Assembly (NCBI GenBank): GCA_963699165.1
Contig: OY969413.1
Coordinates: forward strand, 141,984 to 205,983
Direction of reading: 5' to 3'
Source: Candidatus Kaiserbacteria bacterium
Lineage (GTDB): Bacteria > Patescibacteriota > Minisyncoccia > Phycocordibacterales > Phycocordibacteraceae
DNA length: 64,000 nt
The translations under genes were made by a program, and so were the position numbers. Shown piece by piece: positions 47,968 through 57,116 of this stretch. Position 1 is the stretch's first letter, and each line of letters opens with the position of its first letter. The notes below the pieces were generated by a model, which saw only the letters and a program-made list of their open reading frames with translations, ran no database searches and was not told the DNA's origin.

Positions 47968-48252
47968 TTGAGCGGAAAAAACAGCCAGCCGGAAAACACG
48001 CCGAACGTGGGAGACATGTCCGTCCGCAAGGCCGGTCAGAAGGGTGGAAACGTCGTTAAAGACCGATACGGCCCGGATTTTTACAAAGAAATCGGCCGCA
48101 AGGGCGGCCTGGCCACCCGTCAACGGCACGGTGACGAGTTCTACAGAGAAATCGGGGTGAAGGGAGGTCAGGAAGCCCAACGCCTCATTAGAAAGGCGGC
48201 CGAAGCAAACGCCCAGGCCGAAGGGGCGGCGAAAAAGCCGGTCTCGAAGTGA
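47968..48252 (+). CDS. KGG-repeat stress-induced protein (general stress protein B-like)
   Basis: AGQKGGNVVKDRYGPDFYKEIGRKGGLATRQRHGDEFYREIGVKGGQEA: three KGG repeats; SD-like GGGGAGGG 8 nt before TTG at 47968; ORF-track upstream part lies inside the IS. Confidence 0.6.
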   Translation: MSGKNSQPENTPNVGDMSVRKAGQKGGNVVKDRYGPDFYKEIGRKGGLATRQRHGDEFYREIGVKGGQEAQRLIRKAAEANAQAEGAAKKPVSK

Positions 48253-48256
48253 GGCG

Positions 48257-48290
48257 CGGGGACGCACTGCTGTGCGTCCCCTTTTTTTTA
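48257..48290 (+). terminator. Terminator after KGG gene
   Basis: GGGGACGCACtgctGTGCGTCCCC then TTTTTTTT; a second hairpin TCCGCCttgcGGCGGA follows and can serve the minus-strand gene. Confidence 0.65.
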
Positions 48291-48350
48291 AACCAAAAAC
48301 AAAGAAATCCGCCTTGCGGCGGACTTCATTTTTTGTTTTGTCATGATAGG

Positions 48351-48788
48351 TTATGGGTCCTCAATCGATTCGAACTCACTCGAGCCAGGGGCACCTATCG
48401 CCACCAAGTATGGTTGATTCCATATAAGGAACCCGATGCTCACAACAGAGAACTCGCCGAGGCAACGTTCCGCAGCAGAATGCTGGTATTTGAAGACGCC
48501 GTCGTTTTCCGTTCGAGGATAGCCGAGCGCGTGAAGGCAGACGCCCTGCGACACGGCGTATCGTCGGATCGCATATGCAGGTTCTTCGGCATAAGTCCAA
48601 AAACCGGAAACCGTATCGATTAAGTTCGGTACGGTTTTCCCTTTCCTATCAATTTGACAGGACATTGACCCAGTGTATTCTCGCAGCAGAGGGAGGTTGT
48701 CAATGAAAAAACATGGGATCCCAAGAGCATCGGACAGCGATTGCAAGATAGGCCGCGCGATTTCCGAAAGGGGGATATATAGTCGCAA
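48351..48788 (-). CDS. Hypothetical protein (145 aa)
   Basis: ORF bounded by terminators on both sides; no motif. Confidence 0.4.
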   Translation of the reverse strand: MRLYIPLSEIARPILQSLSDALGIPCFFIDNLPLLREYTGSMSCQIDRKGKTVPNLIDTVSGFWTYAEEPAYAIRRYAVSQGVCLHALGYPRTENDGVFKYQHSAAERCLGEFSVVSIGFLIWNQPYLVAIGAPGSSEFESIEDP

Positions 48789-49107
48789 TCTTAGGAGCTT
48801 CTGGACAATACATCGTCATTTTCTTTGACAAGCAGCTCGATGAGCTTCGCGTTGCGGACTGTGTCGGCAACTACACGGAATGGGCAGGTAAATTCTATCT
48901 GGTCGGAAGAGCACGGTATGAGGACGTACCGGCGCCCAGCAAAGACGAGATGGAAGAGTTTGCCAACTATCTTCAATACATGGGCGACAATCTAACTCCG
49001 CGAAGACGCGGATCAGTGCTCGACGACTAAAGAGCGCATAACCCAACGGCCCCGCTCGAACGAGAGCGGGGTCGCATCCTTTTATAATTTCTCGGACGAC
49101 GGTATTC

Positions 49108-49653
49108 TTATGCCAATACTTTCTCGGTTATATCCTGCAGCAGTATTGACGACGCAATCAGGATAGGTCCGGCGATGAGCGCATACACGCCAAGCACCCA
49201 CGTAAACGCCAATCCTCCGGCCGCCGGATATGCGAGGACTGCGACGCCGGCTATCAAACTCAAAATGCCGGCAATGGCGAGGTATGTCCGCACCGCGCCG
49301 CCATATACGGTATCGAATGCAACGGCGATTTCAAAGATGCCGCGGGCGCAAAACAGAAATCCGATAAGCGTCACGAATGCGCCGACGGAAATGAGCGGAT
49401 GCGCGAGCGCATACACGCCGACGGCAATCTCCAATAGTCCCAACAGCAGCGCAAGAAACCAATACCGGTAGGTTTTTACGCCGACAAGACCCTGAACGAT
49501 GTTAATCACGCCCGAAACGAATATGTAGGCGGCAAAGATTATCGCGAGCGTAACCAGCGTAATCCCCGGCCAGACGACGGTTAGGACTCCGAAAAGAATT
49601 AAAAATATGCCCCGTAACAGTAGCAACCACCACACCTGTTGTATCATGGTCAT
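49108..49653 (-). CDS. hdeD: HdeD/DUF308-family acid-resistance-type membrane protein
   Basis: Six TM, WWLLLLRGIFLILFGVLTVVWPGITL repeated twice internally (DUF308 tandem). Confidence 0.6.
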   Translation of the reverse strand: MTMIQQVWWLLLLRGIFLILFGVLTVVWPGITLVTLAIIFAAYIFVSGVINIVQGLVGVKTYRYWFLALLLGLLEIAVGVYALAHPLISVGAFVTLIGFLFCARGIFEIAVAFDTVYGGAVRTYLAIAGILSLIAGVAVLAYPAAGGLAFTWVLGVYALIAGPILIASSILLQDITEKVLA

Positions 49654-49765
49654 ACGATTTATTTTAGAGAAACGGGTTTGTAATTCTGCCTGAAAGCATA
49701 CAGCGCGCTATATCGGGTCAAGGCAAACTATGGTATAATATATGTGAAAATAACATTAATTAAAT

Positions 49766-50443
49766 ATGACCACTTCAAACGATGGATTGGTTGGATTTAT
49801 TCGAGGCACGTACGCGTGGATGTGCATCGGTCTGCTGGTAACGGCGGCAGCGGCTTTGATAGTTGCGATAACCCCCGGCTTGACCGATTTCTTCGACGGC
49901 AATATCTTGGTCTTTTACATTCTCATTTTTCTTCAAATTGTCGCCATGTTCTACCTCTCGATTGCCGCGCAAAAGGTGTCCGCCGCTTCCGCCGGCATGG
50001 TTTTTCTCCTGTATGCGGTATTAAACGGAATAACGCTTTCGCTCATTTTCCTCGTCTACACCGACAGTTCGATTGTGCTCGCGTTCCTCGTTGCCGCCGC
50101 AATGTTCGGCATTATGAGCATCTACGGATATTTCACAAAAATGGACTTAACCGCGGTGGGAAACATTGCCGGCATGGCTCTTGTCGGCATCATACTCGCA
50201 TCCGTCGTCAATTTGTTTTTCGCAAACGACACGATTTACTGGATTACGACCTATGCCGGAGTGCTTATCTTTGTCGGATTGACCGCGTACGATACCCAGA
50301 AGCTCAAGCAGTTGTATTTGGTCGGCGAGAGCACCGCCGATGGCGAGCGCAAAGAGGCGATAGTCGGAGCGCTGACCCTCTATCTCGATGTCATAAATCT
50401 TTTTCTCGACTTCCTTAGAATATTTGGAAAACGGCGGAATTGA
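49766..50443 (+). CDS. Bax-inhibitor-1/YccA-family membrane protein
   Basis: 225 aa, 7 TM, GTYAWMCIGLLVTAAAA and C-terminal basic tail typical of the BI-1 family. Confidence 0.7.
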   Translation: MTTSNDGLVGFIRGTYAWMCIGLLVTAAAALIVAITPGLTDFFDGNILVFYILIFLQIVAMFYLSIAAQKVSAASAGMVFLLYAVLNGITLSLIFLVYTDSSIVLAFLVAAAMFGIMSIYGYFTKMDLTAVGNIAGMALVGIILASVVNLFFANDTIYWITTYAGVLIFVGLTAYDTQKLKQLYLVGESTADGERKEAIVGALTLYLDVINLFLDFLRIFGKRRN

Positions 50444-50596
50444 TAGACGTAGGAATCCTTCACGACCGGCACATCTTTTGCAAGGATTTGTGCAATACGA
50501 ACCGCATCGTCGAACTATATTTTTTCTTAAATCAAAACTCATTTTGGTTGAGATAAAATTCACCGCTTACTGCGATATCAATAACACAAAAACGCC

Positions 50597-50998
50597 ATGA
50601 GCAACCGACCCATACATTTTGAAGTTCAGGCCGATGATGCGGCGCGGGCAAAGACCTTTTACGAAAATGCCCTCGGCTGGAAAATCGAGAAATCGAAACT
50701 GCCCGAGGTTGGCATGGATTACTGGATGGTGATGACGGGCGAAGGGCCGGGAATAGACGGCGGATTGTATGAGCGGAAGGATAACCCGTTGCGAAAAATT
50801 ACAAGCTTCGACTGCACGATACTTGTCGATGATATTGATGCGGTGATTGCCGCGGTAAAGAACAACGGCGGCAGCGTCGAGCCGTGGGAGGGAAAAGAGA
50901 AATGGGAAATGAAAGGCATCGGCTGGTTCTCGCGCGCGACAGACACCGAAGGCAATGTGTTCGGTTTGCTTCAAGCCACCGATTGGAAGCCGGAGTGA
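50597..50998 (+). CDS. VOC-family (glyoxalase/bleomycin-resistance fold) protein
   Basis: PIHFEVQADDAARAKTFYENALGWKIE .. GGSVEPWEG. Confidence 0.65.
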   Translation: MSNRPIHFEVQADDAARAKTFYENALGWKIEKSKLPEVGMDYWMVMTGEGPGIDGGLYERKDNPLRKITSFDCTILVDDIDAVIAAVKNNGGSVEPWEGKEKWEMKGIGWFSRATDTEGNVFGLLQATDWKPE

Positions 50999-51160
50999 GC
51001 GTGAGCGGAAGCGAGCGTATTTGCTAAAATTGCCCGATGACCAAAAATAATTGCCGGCGGCATTGTTTGCATAAAAGAAAACCGCCCCTTCATCGCCCCT
51101 TCATCGTACTGAAGGGGCAGGTGTTAGGGCGGACGACGTAGCCCGATGCGGTTCGAGGTC

Positions 51161-51442
51161 TCATGGGGCACGTTTTTCGGCCATCAAATTTTCCTCCATG
51201 TCCTCAAGCGTCCGAAGTAAATCCTTGATGGAGAACTCGCAGTTCCTAAAGTCGGCCCCTCGTGACGCGACCCTCAGGGATTTAAGAGAAAAGGTTTGCG
51301 TTTCCCAATGCTCTTCACCTTTCCGGTCCCGATAGAGGAATTCAAGGTCCACTACGGGAACTCGAGCGAGGGTTGTGATTCGGGTGCCGAGATGAATCGC
51401 GGAAACAGCGGTCGCGTTCGTAGGTTTGTGTCCCCGACGCAT
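51161..51442 (-). CDS. Hypothetical protein (93 aa)
   Basis: ORF followed downstream (lower coordinates) by a hairpin and T-run, and by a tandem 11-bp repeat CCCCTTCATCG x2. Confidence 0.3.
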   Translation of the reverse strand: MRRGHKPTNATAVSAIHLGTRITTLARVPVVDLEFLYRDRKGEEHWETQTFSLKSLRVASRGADFRNCEFSIKDLLRTLEDMEENLMAEKRAP

Positions 51443-51751
51443 TGAAACCTCCTTTGCGAAAGAGCAACTTACAGGCGGAGCATTTCATAATTCATGGCAT
51501 CGGTCAATCTTGCCGTAATGGTTCAATCTCGGAGTCGTATTGGGGAAAAATTAAGTCGATTGAATATAAAAGACCGAGGCGCTATGTCCTCGGACTTGAG
51601 CCAGTTGCTGCACAGCAGTTTTACTTCCGTCCGGTGGAAAAGATAAAAACACCGGCGTCATCAGTTCACCGCCCAAGCAGCAACCCCTGTCATCTTTGTA
51701 CTTCGGTGCTCGCAAAGATACTACAGAAACTCAAAACGGCAGTCAAGTTTT

Positions 51752-51895
51752 TGTACGCGTCCAGTACTTTTGGCAGTCCCCGACGGTTAATGTACACACA
51801 ATATACCGCAAGGGGGACACCATGCCGAGCGACTGGTGCGGGCGTTTGGTGTTGTACCAGATCAGCCAGTCGACAAGCTTCAGATTGAAGGAATG
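51752..51895 (-). mobile_element. 144-bp fragment (transposase-stop end) of the multi-copy IS481 element, truncated by the IS3 element
   Basis: Identical to the first 144 bp of the full copies; diverges exactly where the IS3 inverted repeat begins. Confidence 0.85.
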
Positions 51896-51923
51896 TACCG
51901 ACCCCTATTCTTCAGACCACTTC

Positions 51924-52736
51924 CTAGACGAGTGAAGATAGTGTACGGGTGATGTGCGATTTCGCAAACTCTCTCGGTGCCATCTTGAGTGTTGAGTGTA
52001 TACGCACGGTGTTGTACCGGTGAATTGTCTGATAGATTTCAGCAACAAGTTCACCAAGCGTATCGAAGCGATTGGGATCGCCCAGATCAGTTTTGAATTT
52101 TCCATAGAACGATTCTTGGTACCCGTTCTCCCACGGACAGCCCTTTTTTGAGCGAGAGATGCTGATGCCGAAATTGATGAGCATCTCTCGGAAGGATGCG
52201 GCATTGTATTCCACTCCGTTGTCGCTGTGAAAGATGGTGGGACGAGGATGGTTGAGAAGTGCCGCGCACAATGCCTGCGTCACAAGTACGGTTCCACCTC
52301 GCGTACCAATGGCGAGCCCAACGACACTTCGAGTGTATACGTCCATGGTGGTTGCCACACGAATGTCTTTCCCTTTGAAATACACATGAGTGAAATCAGC
52401 GACCCATGCTTGATGCGGATAGGCGGGTACAATCCGCATCAGGAGATTTGGATACTCCACGGCTTGTTTCCTTGATTTCCTCCACCGTCTTCCTCTTCTT
52501 CGATATGCTTTGATACCAAAGAGTCGCATGACTCTTTGAACCTTCTTTTTGTTCTCCTTGAGATACAGGGCAACTCTCCGGTATCCATACGAAGGAAACT
52601 CTCGAAGGACTTCTTCAATACGGCATTTGAGTGCCCAGTCTTTGTCAGGCTTCTTCTTTTGATACCAGAAGGTGGAACGAGCTATACCAAGAGTACGCGC
52701 TGTTGTGCGCGTACCAATCGGAGATTCTTTGCTCAC
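51924..52736 (-). CDS. IS3-family transposase OrfB (DDE integrase core)
   Basis: WVADFTHVY ... HSDNGVEY ... GCPWENGYQESFYGKFKTD. Confidence 0.85.
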   Translation of the reverse strand: MSKESPIGTRTTARTLGIARSTFWYQKKKPDKDWALKCRIEEVLREFPSYGYRRVALYLKENKKKVQRVMRLFGIKAYRRRGRRWRKSRKQAVEYPNLLMRIVPAYPHQAWVADFTHVYFKGKDIRVATTMDVYTRSVVGLAIGTRGGTVLVTQALCAALLNHPRPTIFHSDNGVEYNAASFREMLINFGISISRSKKGCPWENGYQESFYGKFKTDLGDPNRFDTLGELVAEIYQTIHRYNTVRIHSTLKMAPREFAKSHITRTLSSLV

Positions 52737-52990
52737 TTCTTTTTTTGGGTTTCAGACAGCTTGAGCGTCATGAGTCCAACAAGACGAAGGAGTTCGTCAT
52801 TCTCTTTTCGAAGTCTCGCAATCTCAAGAACAGATGCGGTACCGTCTTGCACTTTCGCACCAAGCCAGCCATAGATGGTGGTCTCGTGGATACCATGCTC
52901 TTTGGCCGCTTGGGCGACAGTGACACCATCGTTCTTGATTCGATTAATGATTTGTTCCTTCACCTCAGGAGCGATGCGGTATTGCTTCAT
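52733..52990 (-). CDS. IS3-family transposase OrfA (HTH)
   Basis: 85 aa; KEQIINRIKNDGVTVAQAAKEHGIHETTIYGW HTH, leucine-zipper tail; overlaps orfB by 4 bp in the -1 frame. Confidence 0.8.
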   Translation of the reverse strand: MKQYRIAPEVKEQIINRIKNDGVTVAQAAKEHGIHETTIYGWLGAKVQDGTASVLEIARLRKENDELLRLVGLMTLKLSETQKKK

Positions 52991-53037
52991 ATGACGTCAT
53001 TCTAGCGGTTAATCCCGTCTAGAACATGGTCTGAAAT

Positions 53038-54387
53038 TTGGGGGTCAGGTCAGATGCAGGAGAGATAACCTATATGATACGCACGGGTGTCATTGAAGAC
53101 CTCAAGCTCGCCGCCTATCATTTTGAAAACACGCCCGAGGGTATTTGGATGCTTCAAATGGCACTCTCACAATCTCAATACGAAAGCGCAAAGAAGGGGC
53201 GCGATGTGAAGCGTGGACTTATGCAGAAAGCAAAAATGGGTGTTTATCCTGCGCCCGCGTCCATCGGCTATATGAATGACAAGCACGCCGAAAAGGGATA
53301 CAAGACCATCCACGCGGACCCCGAACGCTTTGACATCGTGCGGAAGATGTTTGACCTGATGCTCGCAGGTGCGCATACGCCACCGCGTATTTTGGAGATT
53401 GCGACGAAAGAGTGGGAGCTACGGATGCCGAAAGGAAAACCTTTGAGCCGAAGCAATGTCTATCTGCTTTTTACACGCGAGTTCTACTACGGCGAGTTTG
53501 AGTACCCTGTAGGAAGCGGCAACTGGCACAAAGGCGTCCATAAGCCGATGATTACGCGCGAGGAGTTTGACCGCATACAAGTATTGCTCGGCAGGAGAAG
53601 CAACCCACGCCAGAAACGGCACGAGATTATGTATCGCGGTCCGATAAAGTGTGGCGAGTGCGGCTGTATGATTACTGCCGAGGAAAAAACGAAGTATCAG
53701 AAAAACGGCAATAAGCACGATTACACCTACTATCATTGCACCAAGCGTAGGGACCCGAACTGCAAGCAACCCCCGATTGAAGAAGCCGAGCTTGAAAAGC
53801 AGATTGCCAAAGAGGTTGGCTCTATAGAGATACCCGAGGACTTCACAAAATGGGCTCTGGCACGCCTTCGGGAGATGAATACGCAGGAGGTATCTGACCG
53901 AGACCGCATCTACGGCTCGCAGAGGCGCGAATACGAGGGATGTGTGCGTAAGATAGATAACCTCATTGATATGCGTGCCAATAACGAACTCACAGAGGAT
54001 GAGTTCAAGGGCAGAAAGCAAACACTCCTTGCTGAAAAGGAGCGACTTGCCTCACTGCTCAAGGATACTGACAAGCGCGTAGAGAACTGGCTTGAGATTG
54101 CCGAGCGCGGTTTCAACTTTGCAGAGAAAGCGGCGGCTATTTTTGCCGAAGCGAAGGAGAATGACGACATTGAGACGCGCAAAGAGATTTTTGCCTCATT
54201 AGGTTCGGACCTCATCTTGAAAGACAAAATACTAAGCATTGACTGGGATAATCTGCTGTTCCCGATACAAACAATGGCAAAAGAAGTCCGCGCCGTTCAC
54301 GCAGAGTTAGAACCTGTAGAAAACTCAGTAAATACAAAGGATTATGGCGAACTCTACTCTCAAAATCCTATCTTGCTCCGGCGGTAG
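53038..54387 (+). pseudogene. N-terminally truncated large serine recombinase (Recombinase domain + zinc-ribbon + coiled coil; resolvase catalytic domain missing)
   Basis: GVYPAPASIGYMNDKHAEKGYKTIHADPERFDIVRKMFDLMLAGAHTPPRILEIATKEWELRMPKGKPLSRSNVYLLFTREFYYGEFEY is the Recombinase domain (PF07508 type). CGECGCMITAEEKTKYQKNGNKHDYTYYHCTKRR is the zinc ribbon. The ORF begins inside the IS3 right end, so the Ser catalytic domain is absent. The 3' end overlaps the tRNA-Asn 3' end. Confidence 0.65.
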
Positions 54388-54447
54388 GATTCGAACCTAC
54401 AACCAACGCCTTAACAGGGCGCTGCTCTACCATTGAGCTACACCGGA
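54376..54447 (-). tRNA. tRNA-Asn (anticodon GUU)
   Basis: Reverse complement reads TCCGGTG ta GCTC AATGGTA GAGC a GCGCC CTGTTAA GGCGT tggtt GTAGG TTCGAAT CCTAC CGCCGGA g: 7-bp acceptor, D-arm, anticodon loop CUGUUAA, T-arm with TTCGAAT. Confidence 0.8.
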
Positions 54448-54481
54448 ATATATAGCGAACTTATGCATTCTAACCGAAAAA

Positions 54482-55534
54482 TCATAGTCCGCAATGGTAT
54501 GTACGCGTCCAGTACTTTTGGCAGTCCCCGACGGTTAATGTACACACAATATACCGCAAGGGGGACACCATGCCGAGCGACTGGTGCGGGCGTTTGGTGT
54601 TGTACCAGATCAGCCAGTCGACAAGCTTCAGATTGAAGGAATGAATATCGTCCCGCAGCAGGCCCCGATTCAGCATGATGAAGTCCTCGGAGACGGTGCG
54701 ATTGAATCGTTCGACGTGGGCATTCATCTTGGGAGTGCGGGGGCGGGTGTGAAAGTGCGTGAGCCCGAGTTCGGCACAGGCATCCTCGAAGTGTTTGGCG
54801 AACTCGCTCCCGTTGTCGGTCTGCAACTCGTCGATATCGAAGGGGCAAACCTCGATGACTCGGCGAAGGAAGTCGTCCGCGCTTCTCGACGAGTGGTTCG
54901 TATACGCGCCCGCAAAGGCGAACTTCCGCTCCACGTCCACTGCCGTGAGGACGTACCGCTTCACGCCGTCGATGAAGCGTACGACGGTATCGAGCTCCAT
55001 GCCGCGCTTGCCGGTGCGGCGAAGCTTGGTACGGCGTTTCTGCGGTGTTTCCGTGTGATTGCCCGTACGTGCGTGGAACGAGAGCCGGCTCTGCTGCGGG
55101 AGCAGACCGCGGTTCTTCAAATCCAGAATGACCCGCCCAACGTATGACTCCGACACGGAGTACCCTTCTTCGCGCAGGAGAACGGCAAGCTTTGCTTTCC
55201 CAAGCCGGGGATGCGCCTGTCGTTCGCGGATGATGAAATCCTCGACCTCGGGCAGAACAGTCCTCCTTCGACGCGCCTTCGGCGCAGTGCTCTTCGGGTC
55301 AAGTGCATCAATGCGGCCCTCGTGGGCTTTGAGTTCCTCCTTCCAGCGATACAAGGTGCGCTCCGAGGTGCCAAAGGCGTCGTATGTGGCCTCCGTCCCG
55401 TGCATGTCCCAGAATCCCAATATCTTCACCCGTCTGTCGACTTCCTTTGGTTTCCGCATATGCCGCAATCGTATCGTCCTTTCCCACATGCTCAACCAGC
55501 CCTTCGTACCCCTGAAATTGCTTCTGATGCGCAT
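54482..55534 (-). CDS. IS481-family transposase (copy 4)
   Basis: Same protein, one D-to-Y substitution (VDEAYDGIEL on opposite-frame shadow corresponds to a single nt change). Confidence 0.85.
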   Translation of the reverse strand: MRIRSNFRGTKGWLSMWERTIRLRHMRKPKEVDRRVKILGFWDMHGTEATYDAFGTSERTLYRWKEELKAHEGRIDALDPKSTAPKARRRRTVLPEVEDFIIRERQAHPRLGKAKLAVLLREEGYSVSESYVGRVILDLKNRGLLPQQSRLSFHARTGNHTETPQKRRTKLRRTGKRGMELDTVVRFIDGVKRYVLTAVDVERKFAFAGAYTNHSSRSADDFLRRVIEVCPFDIDELQTDNGSEFAKHFEDACAELGLTHFHTRPRTPKMNAHVERFNRTVSEDFIMLNRGLLRDDIHSFNLKLVDWLIWYNTKRPHQSLGMVSPLRYIVCTLTVGDCQKYWTRTYHCGL

Positions 55535-55579
55535 ATATCCTCGGTTATGAGGACTGCCAAATGTATCTGAACTTATGCA
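54500..55579 (-). mobile_element. IS481-family insertion sequence copy 4 (TSD TGGTA)
   Basis: TGGTA at 54495-54499 and 55580-55584; inserted 52 bp from the tRNA. Confidence 0.9.
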
Positions 55580-55603
55580 TGGTAGAATATGCGCGGCAGA
55601 CAT

Positions 55604-55822
55604 ATGTATATAAAAGTATTCGTTACTCCCGGGGCGAAACGAGAAAAGGTTGAAGAGAAAGGCGAGACGCTCGCCGTTTCGGTCCGCGAACCGGCGGCGG
55701 GGAACCGGGCAAATGACCGCGTCCGCGCGGTCATTGCCGAGCGGCTCAGCGTGCCGTTTGGCAAAGTGCGCATCCTGACAGGACACCGTTCAAGAGCTAA
55801 AATGATAAGCGTTACCAACTGA
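55604..55822 (+). CDS. DUF167/YggU-family small protein
   Basis: MYIKVFVTPGAKREKVEEKGETLAVSVREPAAGNRANDRV matches the YggU N-terminus pattern. Confidence 0.55.
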   Translation: MYIKVFVTPGAKREKVEEKGETLAVSVREPAAGNRANDRVRAVIAERLSVPFGKVRILTGHRSRAKMISVTN

Positions 55823-55833
55823 CCTTTCCTCGT

Positions 55834-56196
55834 ATGAATATCACCATCAAGGCGACTGACAAACCGTTAAGCACGGAAGCGCAGCTTTTTATTGAAAAGA
55901 AATTTTCCGCGCTGGAAAAACTTGTTGGGAGTTCAACCGATTCGGCATTGCTCGCGTGCGAAATCGACGAACCGGTCGAGCTTGCGCGTGACGGGCTCAA
56001 GTTTCGAGTCGAAGGAAATCTTACCGTTGACGGGAAATTGTATCGCGCCGAATCGAGAAGCGTCACGCTCGAAGGCGCGGTTGACGGCGTGCGCGACGAC
56101 CTCATGCGCGACCTGCGCACTTCGCGCGGCAAGCAGCGCGGGCTCGTGCGCCGCGGCGGAGCGGCGCTGAAGCAGATGCTTCGTTTCGGCCGCTAG
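55834..56196 (+). CDS. hpf: Ribosome hibernation promoting factor / RaiA (short form)
   Basis: MNITIKATDKPLSTEAQLFIEKKFSALEKL, typical HPF N-terminus and length. Confidence 0.7.
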   Translation: MNITIKATDKPLSTEAQLFIEKKFSALEKLVGSSTDSALLACEIDEPVELARDGLKFRVEGNLTVDGKLYRAESRSVTLEGAVDGVRDDLMRDLRTSRGKQRGLVRRGGAALKQMLRFGR

Positions 56197-57116
56197 TCGT
56201 CGCGCAATCCCGACGGCGCATTGTTTTTCGCGAAGTCGCCGTAATTCATTTCGCGTTTGCCCTCCGGCACAACGCGCTCGATGACGAACTTTCCGTTCGT
56301 GAAATGCGCGACGACGATTTTTATGCGTTTGCCCTGCGCGAAAAAATACGTGCCGATGCTGTCGGCGTATGCGCGGTATTTGTTCCAGTTTGCTTCCGCG
56401 GGCGCGTCGAGCGAAAGCAGGCCGTCTTCTTTCGAGAGTTTGCGCGAGCGCGTGGCTTTTGAAGCGTCCTGCGCAATCGGCGTGATGTCGCCGCGCTCAA
56501 ATGCCGGCAAGGTGTCGGCGAGAAGATTCGCGCCGAGCGCGATGAGCCGCGGACGAAGTTCTCGCGCCGTGTCGGAGAGCGCAATCGGCGTCGCTGCTTG
56601 CGCGATGATATCGCCTGCATCGAGTTCTTTCACCATCTTCTGCACCGTAACGCCCGTTTCTTTTTCGCCTGCAAGAAGCGCGCCTTCAAGCGGCGTTGCG
56701 CCGCGGTATTTCGGCAGAAGTGAATAATGCACGTTCAATACGCCGAGCGGAAAGGCGTCAATCAATTCCTGAGGAAAAATTTTTCCATAGGCGACGACGA
56801 CGGCATATTCGCAGCCGTGCTCGCGAATGGCCGCAACGGTTTCCGCGTCGAGCGAAAGCGGCGTACTAACCGTGAGTCCGCGGTCGAGCGCGAGCATCTT
56901 CGTTTCCGACGGCGTGAGTTCGAGCCCGCGGCCGCGCGGCGCGTCCGGTGAAGTAATAATGAGAGCCGGTGAAAAGCCGCGCTCAATGAGAATCGCGAGC
57001 GTGTCGCTCGCAACTTTCGGCGTGCCAAAGTACGCGAAGCGAAGCGGAGTCCCTTCGCTCGTCCGCGAGCGTTGTTGGACAAATTTTTTATGTGACGGCG
57101 GCATGTTCAACATCAA
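56193..57116 (-). CDS. fmt: Methionyl-tRNA formyltransferase
   Basis: LRFAYFGTPKVAS ... VVVAYGKIFP ... LNVHYSLLPKYRGATPLEGALLAGEKETGVTVQ (formyl-transferase SLLP and HxSLLPxxRG motifs). Confidence 0.8.
   Translation of the reverse strand: MMLNMPPSHKKFVQQRSRTSEGTPLRFAYFGTPKVASDTLAILIERGFSPALIITSPDAPRGRGLELTPSETKMLALDRGLTVSTPLSLDAETVAAIREHGCEYAVVVAYGKIFPQELIDAFPLGVLNVHYSLLPKYRGATPLEGALLAGEKETGVTVQKMVKELDAGDIIAQAATPIALSDTARELRPRLIALGANLLADTLPAFERGDITPIAQDASKATRSRKLSKEDGLLSLDAPAEANWNKYRAYADSIGTYFFAQGKRIKIVVAHFTNGKFVIERVVPEGKREMNYGDFAKNNAPSGLRDD

Larger units (their letters stand above)
51894..53050 (-). mobile_element. IS3-family insertion sequence (about 1157 bp) with about 40-bp imperfect inverted repeats
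   Basis: Left TGTACCGACCCCTATTCTTCAGACCACTTCCTAGACG versus reverse complement of right end TGACCTGACCCCCAAATTTCAGACCATGTTCTAGACG; no matching TSD (flanks GGAA / GATG). Confidence 0.75.

Noticed and set aside
48752-49028. Plus-strand frame encoding ..GQYIVIFFDKQLDELRVADCVGNYTEWAGKFYLVGRARYEDVPAPSKDEMEEFANYLQYMGDNL.. followed by a good terminator
   Set aside because: Protein-like composition, but no ATG/GTG/TTG start in frame after the upstream TAG (48749), and it overlaps the start of the minus-strand gene 48351..48788. Left unannotated; could be a decayed gene.
53038-54387. Calling the 449-aa ORF an intact site-specific recombinase
   Set aside because: Alignment with the large serine recombinase architecture places the first residues at the end of the resolvase domain. 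The catalytic Ser region is missing and the first codons are IS3 sequence.
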